Of a stretch of DNA of 64,000 nt, positions 46,192 to 56,690 are shown in pieces. A program made the position numbers and the translations under genes. The notes beneath the pieces are model-generated. The model saw nothing but the letters and a program-made list of their open reading frames with translations. It was not told the DNA's origin and ran no database searches. Location of the stretch: the NCBI GenBank assembly GCA_003152105.1, contig PLZJ01000002.1:533682-597681 (forward strand), written 5' to 3'. Each line of letters starts with the position of its first letter. Position 1 is the stretch's first letter. Source of the DNA: Candidatus Levyibacteriota bacterium (lineage in GTDB: Bacteria > Patescibacteriota > Microgenomatia > Levybacterales > UBA12049).

Positions 46192-47955
46192 ATGCATGGG
46201 CTATTCCATAAGAGCTATAACAGCGTTAAGCATGGAACTTGGAAATGGGTGCTTTTCTTCATTTTCGTTTATAGCTTATTTTTTGTAAATTCTTTCCACG
46301 AAAAGTATACAGATGAATTTGATAACGTCCTTGGAGGATCATATATTCTTCATGGAAGACTTCCCTATAATGGATTTTTTAGTCATCATGGCCCATTAGC
46401 ATATTTTGTTTCTGCATTTATACAAATATTTAGCGGACATTCATTTGTTCATTTTAGAGTTGCGTACGGATTATTCTTATTCCTTATGACAATGGGTGTG
46501 TATTTCTATTTTAGATGTAGATTCAGTGAATATACAGCACGAATATATCTTGCCTTTATGGTACTTTTAGGAATTTCTGCATCCTATTATTGGGGACACA
46601 TGCTTATTGCTGATAGTCTTGCAGGATTTTTCTTATCATATGTTTTTTCATTTTTTCTGTTTCAAAATCTCTTAAGTATTAAAATAACCACTCGGGATAT
46701 TATATTTATCTCACTTTTTACTTCTCTTGCGTTACTTACTGCATTAACCTACATATATCTCTGTTTATTTATTTATCTTTATGTACTTGTTCTTATTTTT
46801 TCTACGCACAAAGGATTAGGTAAATCAAATATCGTTTTTAAAACAATGCTAATATGTGGGACTCCATATATACTATTTTTACTATACTTATTGTTTACTG
46901 GAAGCTTTTCCAACTATTTATATCAATCGGTAATATTTAATCAAAAATATTATATCTATTTTCAAGGAGTATCTGGCGCGCCCAAAAATCCAATTCGACA
47001 AATAATAATTATTGCTTATAATTTTTACCAAAACTTTTTTACTTTACTAGTGCAAGCGAAAGAATTAAATTTTTCATCTCCTTTTAATATTACACTAGCG
47101 ATAACAAATGTAACACTTCTTATTTATTTATTTTTACAAAAAAGATATAAATTATTACTTTTTATACTTTTATTTATTACATATGCAAATGCAAGATCTA
47201 ATCCCTTAGATTCAAGAGAAACTGATTATCAATCTGCTGTATATATTACTGCAACCCTTTTTTCAATGTGTTACGTGCTTTACTTGTTAACGAAATCACT
47301 AAGTAGCCATTTAGATGAGGTAAGAAAGTCAGTTTATCTATTGCTATTTTTGTTAACTGGTACTTACTGTTTTTTTACAACAGGTTTTTTACTATCTAAA
47401 TTTGCGTCAAAAGCTTACACTAAATATATGGGAATGGCTCCTTTGATATACGATACATCCTCAATTGCTCCTCTTATTAATACGTTGGCTTCAAAAGATG
47501 ATTATGCTTGGATAGGTCCTTTAAATTTTGATGACCTATATTATATGCAAGCTAAATTACCATCTAAATATCACATACTTATTCCAGGAATGGGTAAATC
47601 AGCTGTTATACAACAAGATATGCTCAGTGAATTTTCAAAAAATAAGCCAAAAGTTATGTATTTTGATAAAAATTTCTTTATATTAGGTAGTAGCCCAAAC
47701 CAATTTGCTCAATTTTTTATTAGTTTTGTTTCAGCAAATTATATAACGCTTGGAACATATAACAGCAATGAAGTTAAATATACGCAAATAAATTCATCTA
47801 CTAATGTAGATATTATAAACAATCTTTATATTAATAAAGATACTGTCCCAGAAGTTATTAATTTACTTGAGAAAAATAATTATATTAAAGAAGAGCAAGT
47901 TCAAAAACCTCAATTAGTAACTGTGGCTAGAAGGCCTCTTACGACTCATTACTAA
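46192..47955 (+). CDS. Polytopic membrane protein, family D paralog
   Basis: DEFDNVLGGSYILHG…HHGPLAYFVSAFIQ. About 12 TM helices plus a C-terminal soluble domain. Confidence 0.45.
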   Translation: MHGLFHKSYNSVKHGTWKWVLFFIFVYSLFFVNSFHEKYTDEFDNVLGGSYILHGRLPYNGFFSHHGPLAYFVSAFIQIFSGHSFVHFRVAYGLFLFLMTMGVYFYFRCRFSEYTARIYLAFMVLLGISASYYWGHMLIADSLAGFFLSYVFSFFLFQNLLSIKITTRDIIFISLFTSLALLTALTYIYLCLFIYLYVLVLIFSTHKGLGKSNIVFKTMLICGTPYILFLLYLLFTGSFSNYLYQSVIFNQKYYIYFQGVSGAPKNPIRQIIIIAYNFYQNFFTLLVQAKELNFSSPFNITLAITNVTLLIYLFLQKRYKLLLFILLFITYANARSNPLDSRETDYQSAVYITATLFSMCYVLYLLTKSLSSHLDEVRKSVYLLLFLLTGTYCFFTTGFLLSKFASKAYTKYMGMAPLIYDTSSIAPLINTLASKDDYAWIGPLNFDDLYYMQAKLPSKYHILIPGMGKSAVIQQDMLSEFSKNKPKVMYFDKNFFILGSSPNQFAQFFISFVSANYITLGTYNSNEVKYTQINSSTNVDIINNLYINKDTVPEVINLLEKNNYIKEEQVQKPQLVTVARRPLTTHY

Positions 47956-47961
47956 TTTATA

Positions 47962-49458
47962 ATGACTATTTTATCTCATATGCCATACAAAAGGCATTTA
48001 TCAAAAATTCATTTCTTACCGCTACATACCATTTTTCTTATTTGTATAATCATTGCCTCGTTTTACTTTCGATTTTATAATACGCCAAATCGTTATGGGT
48101 TTGATCCAGATCCTGTAAGAGATGCTTTAACAATTTATCAAGGAGCAACTCATTTTCAATTTCCTCTAACTGGAGCAATGTCAGGTATTGCACCATTTAC
48201 TTTTGGACCTTGGTATTATTATCAACTTATTCTTTTTCAAATACTTTTCCCACTTAACTATGCCCCTTGGATATTTATAGGACTTTCTTCAGTGCTTGCT
48301 GTATTTGTAATGTATAAGATTGGAAGTAGCCTTGAAAATAAATGGTTTGGACTAATGCTTGCTTTATTTATGGCACTTAGTCCTTCAGAAACAGGACAAA
48401 CGCAGGGACTTAGTAATCCTGATTTAGTACCTTTATATACTACGCTTATCATATGGATTTTTATAATGCTTATGAAAAAGAATACAGCAAGTTGGTGGCT
48501 TCTGATTTGGGGAGTTGTATTTGGCATTGGTATAAATATTCATTATCAGATTATTTTATTATTACCACTTTTTCTTTTTTATCTCTATTTCAACTCATCT
48601 CACATACTCAAAAAGAGCATACATTTCTTCCTAGGACTTGGCATTACATTTATACCCCTTTTGCTGTTTAATTTATTTACAAATTGGCATACAGTACGTG
48701 GTGTTTTATATTATGTCACGATAGGAAGAGCTACAACGTATATTCCAAATAGCTGGAAAATTTATTTATTCTCATTTTGGTTACCGTATCTATCATATAT
48801 ATTTGGATTAACAAATTTAAATCAAATTATCTTATTTTTTCTTTCAATTATGGGATTAGTTTACGCCTCATTTATTAAAAAACTACATCGAATATATCTT
48901 ATTTTTATACTTACTTTTATATTGGATTTTTTTATCTTAAGATATTTTCTAGCAAATCGTGATTATTATTACTACTTATTTCTTCACCCAATTATTTTTA
49001 TTTTAGTTGGTTTCGCTCTTTGGCAACTTAGAACTTTTAGATTTGGTAAAGTTGCAATTTTGTTTATATTATTTTTTATTATTATTGGAATGATTCCGCA
49101 AGATCAACAAAGATTAGTGTCTCGGGTTGATAATATTGGAATGAGCAATCAAGCAGAGTTTTTAATGAATAAATTTCCAAATCGACCAATTAGCATTTAT
49201 GCATGCTCGAATAATAGAGTAGTAAATCTAGCAGAAGGTATAGTATTTTTTCTTAAAAATAATCATAGATTAGGTATGGGTGAGGGAACAAAAATAGCTA
49301 TTATTAATAACGACTGCAAGACAACTCTTTCAGGATTTGCTAAATATGAAGAATATTCAGAAGTTGAACTTACTAATGATTTAGCTTTGGTAAATCAAAA
49401 GAAACTTATGCTCATAACCCCAAAAGAAATATACAATGCAAATGTATCGTGGTGGTAA
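47962..49458 (+). CDS. Polytopic membrane protein, family A paralog (putative GT-C)
   Basis: FDPDPVRDALTIYQG…PLTGAMSGIAPFTFGPWYYYQ. Confidence 0.5.
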   Translation: MTILSHMPYKRHLSKIHFLPLHTIFLICIIIASFYFRFYNTPNRYGFDPDPVRDALTIYQGATHFQFPLTGAMSGIAPFTFGPWYYYQLILFQILFPLNYAPWIFIGLSSVLAVFVMYKIGSSLENKWFGLMLALFMALSPSETGQTQGLSNPDLVPLYTTLIIWIFIMLMKKNTASWWLLIWGVVFGIGINIHYQIILLLPLFLFYLYFNSSHILKKSIHFFLGLGITFIPLLLFNLFTNWHTVRGVLYYVTIGRATTYIPNSWKIYLFSFWLPYLSYIFGLTNLNQIILFFLSIMGLVYASFIKKLHRIYLIFILTFILDFFILRYFLANRDYYYYLFLHPIIFILVGFALWQLRTFRFGKVAILFILFFIIIGMIPQDQQRLVSRVDNIGMSNQAEFLMNKFPNRPISIYACSNNRVVNLAEGIVFFLKNNHRLGMGEGTKIAIINNDCKTTLSGFAKYEEYSEVELTNDLALVNQKKLMLITPKEIYNANVSWW

Positions 49459-49514
49459 TTAGATACCAAACCAATGTATTGCTCAGTATGCAAGAATAAG
49501 CTAAAATTTATCGT

Positions 49515-50276
49515 ATGAAACATACTATTTCATTTGTAACTTCAACTTATAATGAAGAAAATAACTTAGCAGCCTGTTTAGAATCTGTAAAAGATATAGT
49601 TGACGAAATTATTGTAGTTGATGGTTCTTCAACTGATAACACAGTAAAAATCGCTAAGGAATACGGTGCAAAAGTTGTTATAACTACAAATCCTCCCATA
49701 TTTTTAATAAACAGACAAAAGGCAATTGATCTTGCAACAAAAGATTGGCTTCTAAATTTAGATGCAGATGAAAGATTAACTCCAGATCTCGCAAGTGAAA
49801 TTAAAAACGAATTAGATAAAAAAAATGATGAGATTAATGGGTATTATATGCCTCGAAAAAATTGGTATTTAGGTCGATATTTAATGAAAGGGGGAGTTTA
49901 TCCTGATTATCAATTACGATTATATAAAAGGGGTAAAGTTCATTTCGCATTAAAAGATGTACATGAACAGGCAATCGTAGAAGGGGAAACCGGATATTTA
50001 CATAAAGCGATAAATCATATTTCAGACCCTGTATTTAAAAGATATTTACTTCGATTCAATAGATATACTGATCGAATGGCTGATGAATTTAAAGATGCTC
50101 ATCTTGGAAAAAATCCTTTAATTTTTTTACAGCATGTACTAATAAAGCCTATATATACGTTTTTTATGACATATATTAGACATAAAGGTTTTATGGATGG
50201 TTGGCAAGGATTTGTTTTTCATTTTTATTCTTCTTTGAGATATTCAATAGCTTATATAAAATATCTACGTTCATGA
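49515..50276 (+). CDS. GT2 family glycosyltransferase (family E paralog of 35272)
   Basis: ISFVTSTYNEE, IIVVDGSSTDNT, NLDADERL, YYMPRKNWYLGRY. Confidence 0.75.
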   Translation: MKHTISFVTSTYNEENNLAACLESVKDIVDEIIVVDGSSTDNTVKIAKEYGAKVVITTNPPIFLINRQKAIDLATKDWLLNLDADERLTPDLASEIKNELDKKNDEINGYYMPRKNWYLGRYLMKGGVYPDYQLRLYKRGKVHFALKDVHEQAIVEGETGYLHKAINHISDPVFKRYLLRFNRYTDRMADEFKDAHLGKNPLIFLQHVLIKPIYTFFMTYIRHKGFMDGWQGFVFHFYSSLRYSIAYIKYLRS

Positions 50277-51751
50277 AAAAAAAATTTATTGGTATTTTGC
50301 TTGTTATTAGTTTTTTAATTCCATTTTTGTTTGATGTACGTACCGTAATTACTGGCGACATTCCGTTTTGGTTTGATCCTGCACAATCATTTTTGCTTGC
50401 GCTTTCAAATATTTCAAAGTTAACCCTTATTGGACATCCAAGTGGGGGAATTCATGGGTTATTTTATGGACCATATGATATTTGGTTAATGAGTTTAGTG
50501 CTTATGATATCTAAAGACCCAAGACTCGTTGCATTCTTGCTCTATACATTGCCATATTTTACAGTATTTCCATTTATAATATATAAATTTTCTAAGTTAT
50601 TTGGTAAATATACAACAGTACTACTTTGGCTCTTATTTGCACTAAATTTTGGTAATTATGCAAAACAGATTTGGAATCCACATCCAGCGCCAATTTTTAT
50701 ATTAGCCGTTATATATCTGCTAACAACAGTCGACTTTACATTTAAAAATAAATTTTCCATCCATCGTTTATTGCTTGCAGGAATTTTAGGAGGTTGCGTT
50801 GTAAATCTACATTTATCATTTGGCATTGCTTTTCTACTGGGTTTATATGTTTACCTATTTGTATTAGTATGCACAAAAAAGACTTCATTGCTACATTTTG
50901 GGAAAAGCTTAGTGGTACTTACTATTGGAATACTAATAACATTTATTCCTTATTTCCTTTTTGAAATTAGGCATGGATTTATTCAAACACATGCAGTTAT
51001 CGCTTCAGTATTTGGCAATGCTTCGCAAACCGGAATAGCAGGGTTGACCAAAGATCAAATCATTTATTCTTTCTTAAATAGAATGGGTTTACTACTTGGT
51101 GTGTCATTTACTTTTTCCATACTAATTCAAATTATTCTTGTAGGGCTGCTTGTCTATTACATTATTTCGAAAAAGAAGAAATTACCACTTATTGAACAAA
51201 AATTACTTTTTATTTTAGGATCAATCACTTTATCAGCAGTTGTAATCTTTATGACAGATAAAAATCCTGTTTGGGATTATTATTTTGTCGGTACTGAAAT
51301 AATTTCATTATTATTTCTTGGATATGTTACAAGTAAGTTTACCTACGTAAAATATGTACTATCTGCGTGGATTGTACTACTTATTGTCTTTCAATTTTTT
51401 CAATTTATTACTTATATTCCAGAAAATTCTTCACTAAAAACTGAAGAAACTGCTGTATTAATTGTTAAAAATTCAATAAAAACAAATAACTATTATGTAT
51501 TTGCATATAATCCAGCAATTTACACATTCGATTATGATTATCTATTTTTATGGTTAGCAAATAAAGCTACCTCGCACAATAAAAGTGAAATTACCGAAAA
51601 TATCCCTGTATATATAATATTTCCAAAAGAAAGCGTACAAAAGATGCAAGGCTACGAGTATTATCTTACACCGCAAAAAACTTATAAAACAACAGGAATG
51701 TGGAAAGTATCTGATGGCAGCACAATTATTAGACGCGAAAAAACTATATGA
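50273..51751 (+). CDS. Polytopic membrane protein, divergent family A paralog
   Basis: DPAQSFLLALSNISKLTLIGHPSGGIHGLFYGPYDIW aligns with the family A first loop. ATGA overlap with 49515. A9 tract at codons 2-4. Confidence 0.45.
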   Translation: MKKKFIGILLVISFLIPFLFDVRTVITGDIPFWFDPAQSFLLALSNISKLTLIGHPSGGIHGLFYGPYDIWLMSLVLMISKDPRLVAFLLYTLPYFTVFPFIIYKFSKLFGKYTTVLLWLLFALNFGNYAKQIWNPHPAPIFILAVIYLLTTVDFTFKNKFSIHRLLLAGILGGCVVNLHLSFGIAFLLGLYVYLFVLVCTKKTSLLHFGKSLVVLTIGILITFIPYFLFEIRHGFIQTHAVIASVFGNASQTGIAGLTKDQIIYSFLNRMGLLLGVSFTFSILIQIILVGLLVYYIISKKKKLPLIEQKLLFILGSITLSAVVIFMTDKNPVWDYYFVGTEIISLLFLGYVTSKFTYVKYVLSAWIVLLIVFQFFQFITYIPENSSLKTEETAVLIVKNSIKTNNYYVFAYNPAIYTFDYDYLFLWLANKATSHNKSEITENIPVYIIFPKESVQKMQGYEYYLTPQKTYKTTGMWKVSDGSTIIRREKTI

Positions 51752-53334
51752 AGAAAAATACCTTCATTAGTTATCCCGCTGTTGTTACTTTTTTTAAAAA
51801 ATTGCATCACCGTTATTCATATTATTTTTTGGCAATAATGATAATTGCCATTTTTTTACGAGTATATAAGCTTTATAGTAGAGTCCGTTTAGACAGTGAT
51901 TCAAGTCGAGATGTGTTAATAATTGTTGAGTCGATTCATAGATCGATACTTCCGTTAATTGGTCCATTTAGTTCTGCGGGAGCATTTGTTACTGGTCCTC
52001 TTTATTATTGGTTGCTAATTCCAAGTGGTTACTTTTTTCATGTATATTTTTTCGCGCCCTGGTTATTTTTAGCATTTTGTTCTATTTGTACAGTGATTGT
52101 GTTAATGAAAATAGCTTACTTACTAGGAGGGAATAAAAATGCAGTAATAACCGGAATATTAGCATGTTCTTCTCCTATTTTAATATATTTTTCATTAGCT
52201 TTAACAAATCCAACATTTATTTTATTATTTTCTTCTCTTATACTTCTTTCATTTATACTTCTTATGCAAGAGAAAAAGATAATGTACGCAATACTGCTCG
52301 GATTACTGCTTGGTATAGCCCTGAATATGCATTATCAAGCTTTAAATTTACTTATTTTCCTACCCGCCATTTTTTTTATAAAAGATTCATTTAAAAACAA
52401 AGTAGTCGATCTTATAAGTAGTATAGTTGGATTTTTTATAACGCTTATACCAATTTTGATATGGGATTCGAATCAGAGTTTTGCTAACACCCGAAATGTT
52501 CTAGATTACTTTTTGATTGGAGAATATAGAATATATGTACCTAATAGTTGGAAAATATTTTTGTTTACAGATATGCCTAATATTTGGAGTCAAGTTTTTA
52601 CTACAATACCGCTTTTAGGATTAATAAGTATGATTGTTGTATTACTTTTTGCAATAATGATATTTAGAAAATTCAAGAAAAATTATAACCTTTCACTTAT
52701 ACTTGTAATTTTTTTCATGTTGCTTTTTGTAAATAGATATTATCATGGTCTTCGATCTGTGGCATATCTATTTTATCTAATTCCCTTTCTTATTATTTTT
52801 CTATCGCTTGGAATAAACTATTTTTTCTTTTCACATTTCAAACAAAATAGAATACTCCCTATTTTAGGATATTTAGTTTTGATTTCTATATTTTTACTTA
52901 ATATCAATGGAATTAAAAGTCAGTATAGTAATACCAATTCAGATTATGCCTTAACAAGGGCTGCTATAGACACAGTAACACAGAGATATCCTGGAAAATC
53001 TTTTACTGTATATGATTATAAAGATAGTAATTTGGCATCTACGTTATCATTTAGCTTAGTACTATCAAGAGAAAATAAAGAATCAAACAGCGGTATTCCA
53101 ATTGGCATTTGTTCTTCAAATTGTCCAACTGGGTCAGCGTATAAAGTAAAAACAAATGTAAATAAATTTTCAATATATAATTTACAAAAATCGCAAGTTA
53201 CTGGTAAGCTTGGAAACAATATCTGGCATGACATAAATCAAACAAATGTTTATGATCAGTTAATTGGATGGTCCAATAAACACGAGCTTACTTCTTCTTT
53301 TGATCTCAGAAAATATATATTATCAAAAATATAA
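51748..53334 (+). CDS. Polytopic membrane protein, family A paralog (putative GT-C)
   Basis: LDSDSSRDVLIIVES…LPLIGPFSSAGAFVTGPLYYW. Confidence 0.5.
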   Translation: MKKNTFISYPAVVTFFKKLHHRYSYYFLAIMIIAIFLRVYKLYSRVRLDSDSSRDVLIIVESIHRSILPLIGPFSSAGAFVTGPLYYWLLIPSGYFFHVYFFAPWLFLAFCSICTVIVLMKIAYLLGGNKNAVITGILACSSPILIYFSLALTNPTFILLFSSLILLSFILLMQEKKIMYAILLGLLLGIALNMHYQALNLLIFLPAIFFIKDSFKNKVVDLISSIVGFFITLIPILIWDSNQSFANTRNVLDYFLIGEYRIYVPNSWKIFLFTDMPNIWSQVFTTIPLLGLISMIVVLLFAIMIFRKFKKNYNLSLILVIFFMLLFVNRYYHGLRSVAYLFYLIPFLIIFLSLGINYFFFSHFKQNRILPILGYLVLISIFLLNINGIKSQYSNTNSDYALTRAAIDTVTQRYPGKSFTVYDYKDSNLASTLSFSLVLSRENKESNSGIPIGICSSNCPTGSAYKVKTNVNKFSIYNLQKSQVTGKLGNNIWHDINQTNVYDQLIGWSNKHELTSSFDLRKYILSKI

Positions 53335-53384
53335 CAAATTATCTCTATTATGAAATTACGTATCCAATTTGATACAATTGAAAT

Positions 53385-54353
53385 ATGAAAATATTAGTAA
53401 CAGGTGGTGCTGGATATATTGGAAGTGTAACGGTTAAGAGTTTACAAAAAGCTGGCCATGAAGTTACCGTATTTGATAATTTAGTTTACGGACATAAAGA
53501 AGCAGTTTCTGCAAATTTAATTGTTGGTGATTTAACTGACAAAAAATTCCTCAATGAAAGTTTGGAAAATATACAATTCGACGGGGTTATTCATTTCGCA
53601 GCATATGCACTGGCTGGTGAATCAATGAAAGACCCCAATAAGTATTTCTACAATAATTTAATTGGTGGTTTGAATTTGTTAGAATTTATGAAAGACCGGA
53701 AAATAAATACTATTATCTTCTCCTCTACGTGTGCCATTTATGGAACTCCAGACACATTGCCAGTAAATGAACTTGAAAGTAAAAAGCCAGATAGTGTATA
53801 CGGCGATTCAAAATTAATGTTTGAAAACATATTGAAGTGGTATGATGCTATTTATCAAATCAAGCACATAAATCTTCGATATTTTAATGCAGCAGGAGCA
53901 ACTATTGATGGTTCTTTAGGTGAGGAGCATGATCCAGAAACACATATAATTCCGATTGCTATTAAAACGGCTCTTGGGAATTTTCCTTCCTTTGAGCTAT
54001 ATGGAAATGATTATGAAACAAAAGATGGGTCATGTATAAGAGACTATATTCATGTTGAGGATTTAGCACAGGCTCATATATTAGCATTAGAATATGCAAT
54101 CAAGACAAAAAAAAGTGATTCTTTTAATTTAGGAAGTGGGATAGGTTATTCAAATCTTGAAGTTCTAGATGAGGTTAAAAAAGTTAGCAATGTAAATTTT
54201 AAAATTGAGATTAAAGATAGGCGCGCAGGTGATCCACCAAAAATTTTCGCAGATAATAAAAAAGCAATAGACGTACTTGGGTTTTCTCCTAAGTTTTCTG
54301 ATCTTGAAACTATTGTTAAAACTGCCTGGAATTGGCATTCCAGTAAAAAATGA
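53385..54353 (+). CDS. galE: UDP-glucose 4-epimerase
   Basis: MKILVTGGAGYIGS, catalytic YGDSK, NAAG, DGSCIRDYIHV. TGaTACAAT at 53370-53378 lies 6 nt before the ATG. Confidence 0.9.
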   Translation: MKILVTGGAGYIGSVTVKSLQKAGHEVTVFDNLVYGHKEAVSANLIVGDLTDKKFLNESLENIQFDGVIHFAAYALAGESMKDPNKYFYNNLIGGLNLLEFMKDRKINTIIFSSTCAIYGTPDTLPVNELESKKPDSVYGDSKLMFENILKWYDAIYQIKHINLRYFNAAGATIDGSLGEEHDPETHIIPIAIKTALGNFPSFELYGNDYETKDGSCIRDYIHVEDLAQAHILALEYAIKTKKSDSFNLGSGIGYSNLEVLDEVKKVSNVNFKIEIKDRRAGDPPKIFADNKKAIDVLGFSPKFSDLETIVKTAWNWHSSKK

Positions 54354-55396
54354 AAATTGCTATTGATAGTTCTCCACTTTTTAACCCCCAACATAAAGTT
54401 AGAGGTTCAGGATTTTATTTGCATTACTTAAAAAGTTCATTAGAGACATATTTTCCAGAAAATGAATATCTTTTTTTTAAACAAGGGGAGCATATTCCAA
54501 AGAACTTCGATGTAATTCATTATCCATTTTTTGATCCATTTTTTCATACGTTAACTCCATTCTCTTCGCATAAAAGAGTTGTGACAGTACACGATCTAAC
54601 TCCTTTTGTCTTACCAACTAAATTTCCAATCGGTCTTAAAGGAAAAATCAATTGGCAACTGCAGAAATTTTCATTAAAAAGAGTAAATGGTGTAATTACT
54701 GATTCGCAATCTTCAAAACAAGATATAGCAAGGTTTACTGGTGTACATAAAGATGCTATACACTGTGTGTATTTAGCAGCTGCCAATGATTTTATTCGTT
54801 TGCCAGCAGGTAAATGGAGAGATGAGATAAAGCAAAAATATAAGTTACCAAACTCATTTGTACTATATGTTGGAGACGCAACAAATAATAAAAATTTAGT
54901 TAGACTAGTTCAAGCAATTAAAAAAGTAAAGTTACCTCTTGTTATGATTGGAAAAGTATTAGCTCAAGAATTTAGTGAAAATAATGGTTGGTTATCGGAT
55001 CAGAAAAACGTAATTCTACTTACAAAAGATGACCCAGCATTTATTAGACTCGGATTTGTTCCAACAGAAGATTTAGTTAAAATTTATAATATTGCTACAG
55101 TTTTTGCAATGCCTTCTCTATATGAAGGATTCGGACTTCCAATACTTGAGGCAATGCAATCAGGTGCTCCTGTTGTAACCACAAAATGTGGATCGTTAAA
55201 AGAAATTGCAGGAGATGCTGCAGTTTTTGCTGACCCGTATTCTACAGAAGACATAGCAAACGCGATTGTCAGATTGTTTGATAACAATACAATGCAAGAG
55301 TCATATAGGAAAAAGGGTTTAGCGCAAGCCAGTAAATTTACCTGGAAAAATACTGCAGAACAAACAATAGCTATATATAAAAAAGCCTTGCAATAG
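54350..55396 (+). CDS. GT4 family (GT-B) glycosyltransferase
   Basis: EGFGLPILEAMQSGAPVV (E-x7-E). Confidence 0.85.
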   Translation: MKIAIDSSPLFNPQHKVRGSGFYLHYLKSSLETYFPENEYLFFKQGEHIPKNFDVIHYPFFDPFFHTLTPFSSHKRVVTVHDLTPFVLPTKFPIGLKGKINWQLQKFSLKRVNGVITDSQSSKQDIARFTGVHKDAIHCVYLAAANDFIRLPAGKWRDEIKQKYKLPNSFVLYVGDATNNKNLVRLVQAIKKVKLPLVMIGKVLAQEFSENNGWLSDQKNVILLTKDDPAFIRLGFVPTEDLVKIYNIATVFAMPSLYEGFGLPILEAMQSGAPVVTTKCGSLKEIAGDAAVFADPYSTEDIANAIVRLFDNNTMQESYRKKGLAQASKFTWKNTAEQTIAIYKKALQ

Positions 55397-55418
55397 TTTT
55401 TGCGATTTCCATTTACCT

Positions 55419-56690
55419 ATGATTAAAAAAATTAAAATACTCTTATCTCATCCTTTAATTTCCGGTTCAACAATACTTCTTGCTGGTAATTTTATAGCAA
55501 ATATATTGAATTGGATATTTAATTTACTCATTGGAGGGAGGCATTTACTATCTGTTGCAGATTATGGAGTATATTCGACATTAGTATCGTTAACAATACT
55601 GGTTGGAATTTTTCAAAGTTCATTTACAAATATTATAGCTCGGTATACTGCCAAAGTGAGTGTGAATAAGGATCAAAAAACGTTAAATTCTATTCTATTT
55701 TCAGGAGGAAAAACAATTCTGTTATTTGCAATTTGTCTTTTGATTGTTCTTCTCCTTTGCTTACCTTTTCTTGCTTCATACTTACATATAGTAGATATAC
55801 GGTTACTACTTATTCTCTATGTTTATATATTTATTGTCATTTTATCTTCCCTACCTCTTGGAATATTGCAAGGGCAACTGCGCTTCTTAAATATATCACT
55901 ATACACAATTGCAACGAGCCTGCTAAAGCTTATTTTAGGAATCATCTTTATAGTACTTGGTTATCAAATATATGGTGTGATTATTGCAGTATTTCTATCT
56001 GGATTACTGCCTATTTTATACATTTCATCATCACTGCTGACTCAGTTTAAAAAAACGGCAAATAGTGGAAAGCAACATCCAGATTTTATGGCAGAATTTA
56101 GAGGTAAATCGCTAGAATTTTTACTGGCTACACTTGGAATAACTGCAATAACTTCACTTGATATAATTCTTGTCAGGCATTTTATGACGCCAGATTTAGC
56201 AGGTAAATATGCTGCGCTTTCAGTTATGGGAAAGGCAATATTGTATCTTACTTCTCCTATGTATTTTGCTTTTTTCCCACTTATAGTACAAAAAAAAGAA
56301 AAGAAAGAATCATTAAAAACTACGGTTTTAATTGCTTCCTTGTTTATCGGATTGGTTTCTGGTTTTTTGACATTGCTTTATTTTATATTTCCAAACTTTA
56401 TTCTTCACATATTTTTTCCAGCAAAGGAATATGCCGTACTTTCTCCTTATCTTGGGTTATTTGCGTTATTTATGATGATATTTTCTTTTGTAATGCTTTT
56501 ATATAATTATCTTTTATCTATTGGTCAGACAAAAATATATAGAATAACGCTTTTTGCAGCTGCATTATTTATACTTCTTATATATATGTATCACCAAAAT
56601 TTATATGAAGTAATCTATATACTACTTGCAATTTCTCTTTTACTTTTAGGTTCATTTTTACTATACTTAACACTTGATGAGCAAAACTAA
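55419..56690 (+). CDS. Wzx-like flippase / polysaccharide biosynthesis membrane protein
   Basis: About 12 TM helices, LAGKYAAL motif, PST-like N-terminus. Confidence 0.6.
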   Translation: MIKKIKILLSHPLISGSTILLAGNFIANILNWIFNLLIGGRHLLSVADYGVYSTLVSLTILVGIFQSSFTNIIARYTAKVSVNKDQKTLNSILFSGGKTILLFAICLLIVLLLCLPFLASYLHIVDIRLLLILYVYIFIVILSSLPLGILQGQLRFLNISLYTIATSLLKLILGIIFIVLGYQIYGVIIAVFLSGLLPILYISSSLLTQFKKTANSGKQHPDFMAEFRGKSLEFLLATLGITAITSLDIILVRHFMTPDLAGKYAALSVMGKAILYLTSPMYFAFFPLIVQKKEKKESLKTTVLIASLFIGLVSGFLTLLYFIFPNFILHIFFPAKEYAVLSPYLGLFALFMMIFSFVMLLYNYLLSIGQTKIYRITLFAAALFILLIYMYHQNLYEVIYILLAISLLLLGSFLLYLTLDEQN

